NCBI GenBank assembly: GCA_013265495.1 | Contig: MU062317.1 | Location: forward strand, 1,178,001 to 1,242,000 | DNA length: 64,000 bases | From: Vicugna vicugna | Taxonomy: Eukaryota | Reading direction: 5' to 3' | Part shown: positions 10,768 through 22,934 of the stretch, one piece after another | Numbering within the stretch: the stretch's first letter is position 1 | Layout of the letters: each line of letters begins with the position of its first letter | The notes under the pieces: generated by a model | Database searches by the model: none | The model's input: only the letters and a program-made list of their open reading frames with translations | Told to the model about the DNA's origin: nothing | Program-made: the position numbers and the translations under genes

Positions 10768-12159
10768 CTCCCTCCACCATCAGAGGGTGCACGCAGGTCC
10801 CTCCACCGTCAGCGGGTGCACACGGGTCCCTCCACCGTCAGAGGGTGCACAGGGGTCCCTCCCCCGTCAGAGGGTGCACACGGGTCCCTCCACCGTCAGA
10901 GGGTGCACAGGGGTCCCTCCCCCGTCAGAGGGTGCACACGGGTCCCTCCACCGTCAGAGGGTGCACAGGGGTCCCTCCCCCGTCAGAGGGTGCACACGGG
11001 TCCCTCCACCGTCAGAGGGTGCACAGGGGTCCCTCCCCCGTCAGAGGGTGCACACGGGTCCCTCCACCGTCAGAGGGTGCACAGGGGTCCCTCCCCCGTC
11101 AGAGGGTGCACACGGGTCCCTCCACCGTCAGAGGGTGCACAGGGGTCCCTCCCCCGTCAGAGGGTGCACACGGGTCCCTCCACCGTCAGAGGGTGCACAG
11201 GGGTCCCTCCCCCGTCAGAGGGTGCACACGGGTCCCTCCACCGTCAGAGGGTGCACAGGGGTCCCTCCCCCGTCAGAGGGTGCACACGGGTCCCTCCACC
11301 GTCAGAGGGTGCACAGGGGTCCCTCCCCCGTCAGAGGGTGCACACGGGTCCCTCCACCGTCAGAGGGTGCACAGGGGTCCCTCCCCCGTCAGAGGGTGCA
11401 CACGGGTCCCTCCACCGTCAGAGGGTGCACAGGGGTCCCTCCCCCGTCAGAGGGTGCACACGGGTCCCTCCACCGTCAGAGGGTGCACAGGGGTCCCTCC
11501 CCCGTCAGAGGGTGCACACGGGTCCCTCCACCGTCAGAGGGTGCACAGGGGTCCCTCCCCCGTCAGAGGGTGCACACGGGTCCCTCCACCGTCAGAGGGT
11601 GCACAGGGGTCCCTCCCCCGTCAGAGGGTGCACACGGGTCCCTCCACCGTCAGAGGGTGCACAGGGGTCCCTCCCCCGTCAGAGGGTGCACACGGGTCCC
11701 TCCACCGTCAGAGGGTGCACAGGGGTCCCTCCCCCGTCAGAGGGTGCACACGGGTCCCTCCACCGTCAGAGGGTGCACAGGGGTCCCTCCCCCGTCAGAG
11801 GGTGCACACGGGTCCCTCCACCGTCAGAGGGTGCACAGGGGTCCCTCCCCCGTCAGAGGGTGCACACGGGTCCCTCCACCGTCAGAGGGTGCACAGGGGT
11901 CCCTCCCCCGTCAGAGGGTGCACACGGGTCCCTCCACCGTCAGAGGGTGCACAGGGGTCCCTCCCCCGTCAGAGGGTGCACACGGGTCCCTCCACCGTCA
12001 GAGGGTGCACAGGGGTCCCTCCCCCGTCAGAGGGTGCACACGGGTCCCTCCACCGTCAGAGGGTGCACAGGGGTCCCTCCACAGTCAGAGGGTGCACAGG
12101 GGTCCCTCCACCGTCAGAGGGTGCACACGGGTCCCTCCACTGTCAGAGGGTGCGTGCAG
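10768..12159. repeat. GC-rich minisatellite (VNTR): 48 x 29-bp monomers arranged as a 58-bp A/B higher-order repeat
   Basis: A=GTCCCTCCACCGTCAGAGGGTGCACAGGG and B=GTCCCTCCCCCGTCAGAGGGTGCACACGG alternate from 10826 to 12072. Terminal monomers (1-2, 46-48) are degenerate or hybrid. 48x29=1392 bp matches the coordinates. Confidence 0.98.
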
Positions 12160-12199
12160 GTCTCTGAGCTCAGGAGTCAGGCCAAGGGGACGGCAGGTG

Positions 12200-12600
12200 G
12201 GCAGAACTGCAGACTGGCCTCCACAATAGTTAATCTCGTTTAAACAGCCTCAGTTCTGGAAGGATTCGGTCGTTTCAGGGCTGAGGCGATGAGGTTCAGG
12301 GCCCGCAGCCTCCCACCCCCCAGGGACATCTGGACCCAGGGCGGTCTCAGGCCCTCGGGTGGCAGGGGCATCACAGGCTCCAGGCTGGCACGCGTGGACG
12401 ACTGGGTTTCACCGACTTCTTGGTGGCGAGCTTCACTCTGTATGGCCTGTGGTGGCGTCCCCACCTACCTGCTGGCTTGGCCCCTCTTTGCAGCAACCTG
12501 CACCTTTCTCCCTGGTCACTTAAGGTTTCCAGAACTTTGGGATGGCCCTGGAGCCTTCCTCGCCATCTGTCCAGCCCGTCTCGTGCAGGGGTGGTATAGA
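12200..12600. mobile_element. Possible very old MLT1 (J/K-like) LTR remnant
   Basis: Weak resemblance ('aactgcagactggcctccacaatag...cagcctcagttctggaagg', 'ggtggcaggggcatcacaggctccaggctggcac'). Not verifiable by eye. Confidence 0.3.
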
Positions 12601-15600
12601 CAACCCCTCTAAGACCAGGGCCACCTTGACCCAGGGCCACCTTGACCCGGGCGGTGGGGCAGCTGGGCAGGGGACAGGCCGGCCCCTTCCGTGCCTCCCA
12701 CGGAGGCGGCAGCATTTATACCCCTGGGATCTGAACAGGCCCCTGCAGGGGACGGGCAGCCAGCAGTGACTGGGCCCGGCCAGGGGGGCAGCACACAGTA
12801 GTCGTTGGCCAAAGAGAGACATTGGGACCTGCAGTGATGTCCAGCCGCCAAATCCAACCAGAGGCAGAGCCGAGAACGCCCAGGGCCCGACTCCACGGTC
12901 AGGCCCTGTTCTTCCCTGCCCACCTCCTCGTGCCCTGAGGTGCAAAGCAGGTAGAGACGGGGGGCGGGTCTGGGGGTCATGACCCACCCCCATGTACCTT
13001 CTCAGGAGCAGTTCTCACTCCACGAAGGTGGCAGCCGTAAAGAGGGGGTGCTGACCATGTGACCGTGTGACCATGTGACTGGAGGCCGCAGTGCGACTCC
13101 GGGGTGGGAGGCATCAGCCTGCTGAGGGCAGCACCCATCAGACGACCAGGGCGGGGCCATCGTCACAAAGCCAGGAAAGGCGTCAAATCACGCAGGGGCT
13201 CCCCCACCGCTAAGCTGGGCGCTCCCAGCATCCCCAGGGCAGCCCCCAGAACGGGGCCCAGAACCCCTCCCTAAACGTCCACGAGCTGGAGCCGGCTTCT
13301 CGGCCCTGTGCTGCGGCCCCGAAGAGCGACGGTGGCCGCCAGCCCTGATGGGGCCGCGCTCAGCGCTGAGCACCCAGCTGCTGTGTGCAGTGTTCCTGGG
13401 GCTCAGACGGCAGGGCCCCCCTCCCCCCATCCGGAGGCTGAAGTCCAAGATCCAGGTGCTGTGGGGCTGGATCCTCCTGACCTGCGGGGTCCGCCCCGGC
13501 CTCTCCCCAGGGCCCCGGCGCTCTGTGTGCTGGTGGCCCTCGGGGCGCCCTGGCTTGTGGACACATCACCCGACCTCTGCTTCACCTTTACGTGGCCTCT
13601 CTGTGCATGTCTGTGTCCAGGTTTCCACTTCTACAAGGTCTCCAGCCGTGAGTGAGGGCCACGCTAAGGCCTCATTCTCATCGTCTGCAAAGCGCCCGTC
13701 TCCAGATAAGGTCACGTGCTGAGGCTCTTCAGAAGTCGAGGTACAAACGGGGGGAGGGCACAACTCAGCCCACAGCAGACGCTGAGGGAGGCCCCCACGC
13801 GACGGAAGCCCTGCCCCCACCAAGGGCTTCCACGGAAGGGGCCAGAGCAGCCCAGCTCCCCTCCCACAGGCCCCAGGGACAGAGCCGGTCCCCCCACGTG
13901 TCCCGAGGCTTCTGCACAAAAGTTTCGGGAGGGACCACAGTAGGCATGGGACCCTGGCTGCGCCCGACCGCACCGCCCGCCTGGAACAGCTCGGCCACTC
14001 CTCCCGTTAGGGCCAGTGTGGGATCTGCTGCCCGCAGCCCCAGCAGCCAAGCCCGTCTGGACTTCCCATCACCCCGGCAATGCTGGAAACACTTTGGGTG
14101 AGGCGGCGTTGGGTTACAATCACAAAGGCAGACTTCAAGAGCAGCCATAAAACAGAGACCCTGAGCATGCTTTCCGCTTTTTTTCCAGCATTAGCAGCTC
14201 ATCCGATACCTACTCGGAGGTTCCAGTTTCCTGAAAGCGGATGATGGGTGGACGATGAGTGTGCGCCTGGCCCCGGGCCGGGGTCACAGACACGGACGCG
14301 TTGCCCGGGCCGTCTTTTTCTCTCATGGCCCACCGGATTGGGTTTATCCATCTTCTCTGCCTGAACATCTTCCAGCATAAAAGATGAAGAGAGTGTCCCC
14401 ATGGGCCCTGTGGTGGCTGAACCTCCCTGCAGGTTAAGTGCAGAACAGCGTCCCCTTCCCCCAAGGCACCCAAACTCGGGGACCAGGCCCACTTCTGCTC
14501 CCACAGAGGAGGCCACGCCCACTGCACTTCTGCTCTGAGCGGCCTCTCAAACTTTCTGCACCTCGATGTTTGTCAGATCCAGCACCACAGCCCACAGGGG
14601 CCAGGGACGGGGGAACCCAGAGCCCAGAGGGGCAGGGTCCCCGTTTTCAGGAAGCAAACACCCCCAGCACGTGGCTCCACGGAAGTGACGTGTGTTTGAA
14701 ACTGGGACAGGCAGACGCAGAGCATGAGGACGAGGACCGGCCCTCCTCGTGCACCTGCATCGGTCCTGGCCTGGGGGCTTCGCCCACGCTGTCCCAGTCG
14801 GGGAGCTGCCTGCGAACGGAGGGCCCCGGGTCCCAGGCAGGAAAGTGGCTTGCAAGGGTCTCTGGGCCGAGACACAGGCAGACCAGCCCCCACACACGGT
14901 CACCAGCCCTCAGACCCACCCGTGGTCCCTCCTGCACCCCGAGGTCCCGGAAGACACGGTGGGCAGGCGTGTGTCCCCGCGGGGGTGGCACGGGGTCGGG
15001 GGGCGGGCGTGCTGAGGGCCAGGGCCCCGGTGCTCCCCTCCCTGGGCCTGGGGACCCGGCTCCGTGCCAGGCACTGGGGGGGGGAGCAGGGTGCATGTGC
15101 GCGGCACGGGTGTTTCTAGGGCAGTGGGACCCTTCCGCTGACACGAACGACGTGACATGATGCCTTTGCCCGAACCCTCTGCTCCCGCGGGCCCCGCCTA
15201 TACCTCTGGCGCCCGTCAGTTAATGACGACGCGTCCGCGTGGAACAAACGCAGCTCGGGACGCAGAGGCCAACCCTGCGCTACCTGCTCCGTTGTCTGTC
15301 AGTCAAAAGCTGCTCGGAAAAATAGCGCTCACTGACTTTCAAGGCACGGGGCCCTGCTTGCACCCGCAGATGCGTGCGGTCGAGGTAGGAGGACCAGACT
15401 GAGGAAGAGAGAGAAGCTGCCATCGGGAACGCCTCAGACGCAGCCTGGCGGCCCCGCCACCCCCACCTCGCACTGGATCTGCCATCCAGCGATGCCCGGA
15501 CCTGCCGGCCTCGGCCCACCTCCTCCAGGGCCCCTAGCCACGCCTCCACGAGTCTCTCACGCCCAGAGCCGCCCTGCGATGGCCCTGCTCTTGCTGAGGG

Positions 15601-15859
15601 GCAGCCCCAGGTCCCTGCACGGCCAGCCAGGCCCACGCTGCCCGCCACCTGCAGTCAGGGATTGAATGAAATGACAGGAACCGCAGGGTCGCTGGTGGAT
15701 GTGTGTGCACCAGCCTGGAGTCCCACGGGCGACACGTGCCTCCCTCTCCAGGCATGCCCACCCCTGCCCTGTGTCCCCAGGCCCTCTCCTGTGATCATGC
15801 CCACCCCACTTGGCTCTAGTGGACAGAGTGAAGTCCAGACCTTCCCTCCAGACCAGGAG

Positions 15860-16030
15860 GGACACGCACAGAGGGAAGACCACGTGGAGACGTGGGGAGA
15901 AGGCAACAGTCTACAAGCCGAGGAGAGAGGCCCCAGGAGAGGCCAGCCCTGCCGACACCTGACCTTGGACCTCGAGCCTCCGGGACTGCTGTTGTCGTGT
16001 TTCCCGGGTGGTTGGTATTGGTATTTGGTT
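15860..16030 (+). mobile_element. MLT1B-like LTR, 3' half
   Basis: 'gagggaagaccacgtggagacgtggggagaaggcaacagtctacaagccgaggagagaggcc...ccctgccgacacctgaccttggacctcgagcctcc' matches the MLT1B 3' portion. Confidence 0.8.
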
Positions 16031-18369
16031 CAGAGAATCGGCGGACGCAGCTCTGAGAAGCAGCACGCGGAATGGAGGAGGGCGAGGCCCGGCCAGCCCG
16101 AGGCAAAGCTGGGCGTCAGGGTGTCAGGGCTGACGACGGCGCAGGCAGGGGGTGGGGTGTCAGGCCACGAAGCCATCGTGGCCCCTGGGGTCAGCCGTGT
16201 CTGGGCAGAGGTCACGAGGGGCAGCCCCCCAGGCCCCAGCAATGTCTCTCACTCGGTGGGCAGGTTTATGAAACTGGGATGTGGACGCCTCTGCGTGCAC
16301 CACTGGTTGCAGCAATTCCCACTACCTCCTGCTGCCTGGCGTGAGCCGGTTCACACAGTGTGTTACCTGCCCGACCCGGAAAGAAGGTTTGCCCTGTGCC
16401 GAAGGGCCGAGCGATCAACTTGTTCTTCCTTTCACACGTTCGTTTGTTCAAGAAACATTTACTGCTGAATATATTTGTCCTCATGAGCAGGTCTGCCTGC
16501 CACGTCCGCGGGATCAGACGAGGCAGAGCCCCGCTCTCGTGGGATTCCAATCGGGCAACAGAGACGCCTGTTCCACGGGAGAGCGCCGGCTCGTGCGCGT
16601 CAGGACCGGCCGGCCCCGCCACGAGCCCGCGGCTCCTGGGTCACAGACTTGCCGGAATAAAGGGACCTGAGCTCTAAAAAAACAAGAGACAGGCGGGACC
16701 TGCCTGCTCCCTCCCCTCCCCCTGGGGAACCCCAGCCCCAGGGGCCCCTTACCTTCCCAAGCCCTCTGCGCCTCCCACGCGGGGCATCTCTGTCCAAAAT
16801 GCTCTCCCACTTCCAAGCCTGGGCCTGCGTCCTCTCTCAGAGCGGCCTGTCTGGCTCCAGATCGACATCGGTGGCCCCAGGAGGCTCTGACTCCCACACT
16901 GGATGCCAGTCATGGAAGGCGCTGCCTCCACAGCCCGAGGGCAGGTCTGGGCTGGACCAGGTACACAACCAGCTTCCACTGAAAGGATCAGCGTGGCTGC
17001 CGCTGCCCTGGCCCCAGGGACACCGGACAGGCTGCCCCTCTCTGCTTCAGGTGATGGATCCGAAAGACTATGTGGGCCACCAATTTCCCTGCTCCACGCT
17101 GCACAGGAGCCGAGCACAGCCCCACCCCAGGCCCCACGAGGCCCCCCAGACCTGCGAGTGACCAGCGTTCCCGCCAGAGCCGCAGGGCTCCCGCGTGCCG
17201 CAAGGCCACGCCCTGCAGCCCAGATGTTCTGCCGAGACACATCTGCGAGCCGCATGCGTCCAGATGAGCAGCAGAAACAGGACCTGGGAGGGAAGACCCT
17301 GGAGCAGAGCCATAAGGACCACCCCACCCTGGACGCGCTCACCAGAGAGTCCTTAGCAGGCGTCATGAGAGTATCCTGCCTGCCCACTTGGGATTTGCAA
17401 CGCAGTAACATGTAAACAAACAGCTTTTTAGATCAAAGTAGCATAAATAACAGACGTGCTGGTTCCTGGAGCAAACGTAGTAAGTCGGGGTTTTTCAGCT
17501 GAAAACTGTTCTGGTACTGCCATGTGCTTCCCAACCTGCTGGGCCGCAGCTCGGGTGGCAGCCCCGGGGACCCACCGACACTTGTGCCCGGCTACGATGT
17601 GGCCGTCAGGGTCCCCCGACCCACAGGCACTGAGCCACCGGGACCATCGTGCCCCTACCCGACGGTGGTCCCACACGGGGGGTCCAGCCTCTCAACTGGC
17701 CCGAACTATGCCAGGCTGGGGCTCCCTGGGGAACATCTGGAGCCCGGGCCCAGCTGTAGCCCCTCCACCCCGACTCCACCTCCATCCCTCTGCTTTTGGA
17801 GCTGGAGGCCCTGGGCCGCCCGTGTTTTCCCTGAGCTGTAACCAGAGCCCATCCTGGCCCTTGCTTCTCTCATCAACCATCTGAAATCCGACCTCCGTGG
17901 CCACAACTCCTCAGGACCACAGAGCAGCTCATTAGCGCCCTGGACCCTCCCGGCCACTCCCGGGTCCCCGTGGGTGCAGGGGGTAAGTCAGTGTGCTGGG
18001 CCGTGGGCGTGCACATGCGTGCCCGTGGGTGTGGGGGGGCAGTCAAGGACGGGCCCTCAGAAGCCACCTCCTTCCTTTTCCAGCTACAGCTCCTCCCAGA
18101 TAAGAGGGTTCACCACCCGCTGCGTGAGGCCAGTGCCAGCCTTGCCCGCCCCAGGGGTTTCTGCATCCAAGCCCTCACTCCCCTCAGGGCGTGGTCTGCA
18201 TCTTCGGCTGGACCACCGCTGGGATCGAGGGGTTTAGACACAGGCTTTATGGCCAGGACGCTCAGATTTAGCAAAGGAAAACACAAGTGCACGGTTATGT
18301 TTGGATTTGAGATAAGCAGCGAATAACTTTCAGCCGAAGCACACTGCAAATGCCGCGCAGGACGCACAG

Positions 18370-18713
18370 TGATGGGTTGAACTGTGTCCCTCAAACATGC
18401 TGGAGCCCTGGCGCCCAGGAGCTCAGGCCATGGTCGCCGGAGACGGGGTCTTCAGAGCGGTGATCAAACTAAAGTCAGGGCCTCCGCCTGGGCCCTGATC
18501 CAGTCCGACTGGTGTCCTTACAAGAAGGGAGACCGGGACACAGACACACACAGAAGGCAGTGTCTACACAACAAGGAGAGGGGTCTCAGGAGGAGCCAGC
18601 CCTGCTGCCCTCTGGCTCTCAGACTTCTGCCTCCACGCCTGGGAGAAAGGAAATCCTGCAGTTCACGGCGCCCGCCGGTGGTGTCTGCTGTGACCGCCGC
18701 GCACACTAATGCA
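18370..18713 (+). mobile_element. MLT1B-like solo LTR, near full length
   Basis: Starts 'tgatgggttgaactgtgtccc'; internal 'gggccctgatccagtccgactggtgtccttacaagaagggaga...gacacagacacacacag'; ends 'cacactaatgca'. Confidence 0.85.
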
Positions 18714-19499
18714 CGAAGTTATGCTGAAAAGTCAGCGGTCGCTTCTTTGGATTAAAATTCAACCGCAGTCCTCCTTCTGGGCCACCTCCCCCCTCCCCAG
18801 GTGGGAGAGTCAGTGATCAGCAGAGACGTCCCCTGTGCCCAGTGCAAAACTTGGCCTCCTCCTCTGGCCTATCTGTGTTCAGGTTTGGGGGACAAAGGTT
18901 CACATTTGGGCTACAAGCTGTAGCCTCAACCCCGATGACCACTGGCCACCACATGGGGCAGACACATGGACTGTCACTGGGCGGCCGGGTCACCCCCCGG
19001 CCCCCTGGGCAGGATGTAAAGGTCGACCCCACCAGTTCTGTGGGGGGAGGAGGGGATTTCAAGACTTGCAGTGATTTTCTAGGCTTTTCCTGAGTTGGGA
19101 AAACAGACGCCGGCCGTGGGCTCAGAGCAGAGTCCAGGGAGGAGGGCAGCCATGACATCGAAGGCCTGGGAACAGCTAACTGGGGGGCAGACACCTGCTC
19201 TGAGCAGCAATCGTCCCACAGAGCGTGCTGGAATTCTCCCCAGCACGGCACAGGAGCAGACGGGGCGGGAGGAGCGATGGGGCAGGGGGCACTTGGGGCT
19301 GTGCCTTCATCACACTTTGGCCCCCTACAAGCCGCAAAGCTCGCCTGGACTGGCCAGCGGTGCTTTGGTCTCAGCTTCCAATCTTTGCAACGGGGCTCAA
19401 ATGAATCACCGCAGTAATTAAAACAGCAGTGGGTCCGTGAAGACAGCTCGGGGGTCCGTATTTACACTCTCTCAATAATGTTCATGCCGTGTTTGTTCC

Positions 19500-20900
19500 G
19501 ATTATGAGTGAAAACACGGTCTGTCTCACCCGCAGTTCTGCAAAGCCGGCGCATTAGCGGGAACATCCAGCTGGGTCCCCACCTCATCCTGGCTGAGCAA
19601 GCCCCCAGGCCCCGCTGGGGAGCCCCTCACAGACCGCATGGAGCACAGACCGACGCACCTCCACACACTGGGCGGGCATGCACACGTGCGCACACGCTCC
19701 CACACACACCGGGAGCAAGCGTGGACGGAGAGCGGGGCTCCCGGGAGGAGTGCGCTTTGGACACAAACCACGTAGAAATTGTCCTGCAGTCACAGAGGCC
19801 CCCGTGTCAACGCAGGACGGGGCCGGTCCCGTCTCGCTCCTTCCCCAGCCGGACGCCCGACCTCGTGCCCGAGGACCCGAGAGAGGCGCGGCCGCACCCC
19901 CACCCCCACCCCGGGAGGCCTCCGCCAGTGCCGCGGCCGGCAATCTGGTTCCAAATGTGCTTGTCTAAAAATATCCCCTTTCTGTGTATTTTGACTCCAC
20001 GCCTGAGAACACGAACGGGCTTCCGCAGAGAGCGGGGACGTGGAGCCCGAAACATCTTGGAGTGATTTGGGCACTTTCTCCACGGGGCGTTCTCTCCTGT
20101 TGGAACACGATGGGGCTCCTCCTGGGTTTCAAACATCAGTTTGGCCAAGGCCAGCGGAGTGTTTGGCCTCCCAGACCGTGAAGATCTGAGGCCGTAAACT
20201 GCGTTTCTTAAATGCTTCAAAGCATAACATTGACACCGACTTTTGCTGTAAAACAATCTGGGAAATGTAGCGGCTCTGAGACACTTTACGCGGCGTGGCG
20301 AATCGCTCCCGACGCCGGGGCGCACGGGGGCCGCTGCGTGTCCGCTCCAGCCCCAGCGCTCCCCGGCAGGGCCGGCACGCAGGGCTGGGCCTCACGCTCC
20401 AGGACAGCATGTGGCATCCTCTGGGGACAGGGGAGAGGGCCACCTTTATAAATTAGGTAGCCAACGGCAGCCGCCCGGCTGTGAGTCACGTCTGGCGCAG
20501 GAAGAAACTGCTGTTCCTCGCCGTGACGGGGGCGGCAGCTCGCGAGCGTAGGCGCTCGCGCTCTGCATCCGGCTTCTCGGGCGGCAGGGTCGCGGCAGCT
20601 GGCGGAGCCCCGGAGCTGCGAGAACGTTCTGCGTGCTCTCGCTCCGTGGAGGTGAGCCCGGGCCGCAGCAGGCCCTCTGTGGAGCAGGCCCACCTGGCTC
20701 GGGTGGGATGGGCGGGCCCTTTCTCCCGTTTGACATCACTTGATGAGATTCCACTTGGTGAATTTCACATTCTGCCTGGGGTTCTCTGTTTCAGAGGCCA
20801 AAATCACACAACGGTGAGCAGGGCGGGTCCCCAGGGCGGGAGGCGCTCCCCGCCCAGCCCAGCGCGGCCCCAGCCTCCAGCCACATGACCCTGGGCGCCC
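19500..20900 (+). promoter_or_regulatory. CpG-island-like region with TATAAA (20447-20452), AP-1 and ETS motifs and a candidate 5' splice donor at 20652
   Basis: Dense CpGs; TATAAA 20447-20452; TGAGTCA 20482-20488; CAGGAAG ~20498-20504; 'GGAG|GTGAGC' donor. Promoter activity is inferred. Confidence 0.4.
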
Positions 20901-22934
20901 GGCATCGCACGCTGGCCCCACCTGCACCGAGGACGTCCCTCTGCCACCCCGTGCCTGGGATCAGCCATCCCCTTGCCCTCCTTCTTCCTGGCAGAGAAAA
21001 CACTCAGAAAGCACGAGCACCGCCCGCTGTGTAGGACCAGACTTATGCCCAACTGTGCACCGTCCTGGGGCGCTGCCCCACCGACACCTTCAGAGGTTCG
21101 AGGGAAAACGGTGTTGAAGTTCTTGGGACAGACTCTCCTCTCTGAAGGAGGCCCCGGAGGCAGCAGACCCAGCGGCTCCCAGGAGGGCTGGGAGGCTCCC
21201 CTCCGCCAGCACCCAAGGGAGGGGCTTCATTCCTCATTCCTTCCGCCGCAGCCGAGGGCCCCTGGGAGCAGCAGCTCCATCCCGGCCCCCAGTTAGCGCT
21301 CAGCCTGGGAATCCTGCAGTCGGAGCATTCCCTGGAATTCCTCGCCGCACACTGGGAATCTGGCCGGACACGGACTCCGCAAAGCCAGCCACACCCAGAG
21401 GGGCTGTTGGGAGGAAATACCGCTCGTCACCCCTCCCCCAAAATAAAGGGTCTGTGATCTAATTCCACGTGAGCTTTTTAACATCTAGATGTAATCCCAG
21501 ACCCCCGTTTGAGACGTGTTTTAGCCATTAACCTGTCCCAAGCAAAGCAGCACACTAAATAATTCTATAAATGGTAAAAAGAAAAAATTTGATAACGCAA
21601 GGCCCCATGTAACCTCTCTCACTTTGAAAACAGAGATTCCTGGCTGGATGGAAAAACTGGGGACACACTGAGTTGCCCCCCCAAGGCAAGAGTGCCCACA
21701 GCTCTGCAGGTGGAGACAGAGGCTACCCTGTTGTCAGACGAGGGCGCTGAGGCCCAGGGCCACCTCCTGCAGGAAGAGGACCAACCTTAAAGACGTGGGG
21801 GGCCCTTGGTTGGCAGCCTGTCCTCGGGGCTGTCCGGGGCCGCCGGCCGAGCTCTGGGCTCAGGGACAGAACAGACCCCGCCTCTCAGAGAGCTCAGGAT
21901 GCGGGAGGCGCCAGTGGGTCGTCCAGACCTGGTCCTGCCGAGAGCCCAGCGGGAGCCCCCAGTGGAGGAGCAGGGTCGGCATGCCCTGGGCACCCCGTCC
22001 CTGCCACAGCCTGCCCGCCAGCCTGGGGACAAGGACGGTGGGGGGACCTCACAGGTCACAGATGGGCAGACGTGGTGGCTGCACCATGAGGTGCCGCTCG
22101 CTGGCTGGGGGCAGGACAGCTCCGACTCCCCGTGTGGTGGCTCCGCAGGCGTCCGGGCCGATTCCCTGGTCCTCCAGGCACTCGGATGCCTGAGATCTGG
22201 GAGAACCTCCTTCTGGTCAGGAAGGCATTTTGTTTTTAATTCCAGTCTCAAGTCAGCTCAAGGCTCCTGGGCGCCCCGACCAGTGGAAGCCATGGCTCCT
22301 TCTGTGTGGGGCGTCTGGCCCCGAGCGGGTCCTCCCTGGGGCTGGAGGGCATGGGGGCTCCAGGGTGGGGGAGGTGGTGGCACCCCGCTGCCCGCCCCAC
22401 GGCCCAGGGAGGCAGCCACCCCCCGCCTCCGAGGACTCACTGTGTGCTCTCCTCGGGGGCGCTCAGACCCGCTGGGCTCTTGGCCCCTGAGGCCCCTCGG
22501 TGGGCGCAGGTGCCCCGGCCCCAGCTCATCCCTGCGGGCAGCACGAGGGCGGCTCCCCTCTCCTGACGGGGCTTGAGCCACACAGTCTTCCTAGAACGGG
22601 GGGGGGCGTTGGGGGGGAGCGTCCGCACTTTGCCAGGCCCCACCCACGTCCCGCACCAGGGCCTCGCACCCTCAGAACTCCCCAGATTGGAGGCGAGACC
22701 CGGATCCTGCCCCTCGCGTGGCCCCAGCCTCCTGGGACACACACCGAACACCAGCGAGAAGCAGCCCCGGCCCCAGGGAGCAGGGGTGTTTTTCAACAGG
22801 AACTTCCGTGCGGCCCCTGCAGCCCCCCTCCACTGTCCCGGGGGCCTCGGGTGCTGACCGGGGTGAGGGGTGAGGAGGTGAGCACGGGGACCCGCCCCTC
22901 GGGGCCCGATGTGGCCCAGTGCTTGAGCGGCCGT

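Noticed and set aside
10768-12159. CRISPR array interpretation of the 29-bp repeats
   Set aside because: The units are directly contiguous with no unique spacers, the context is mammalian, and there are no cas genes.
12614-12650. Short local tandem duplications (17-bp CCAGGGCCACCTTGACC x2; also ~13056-13080, ~24672-24700, 5418-5440)
   Set aside because: Ordinary slippage products of 2-3 copies with no further structure.
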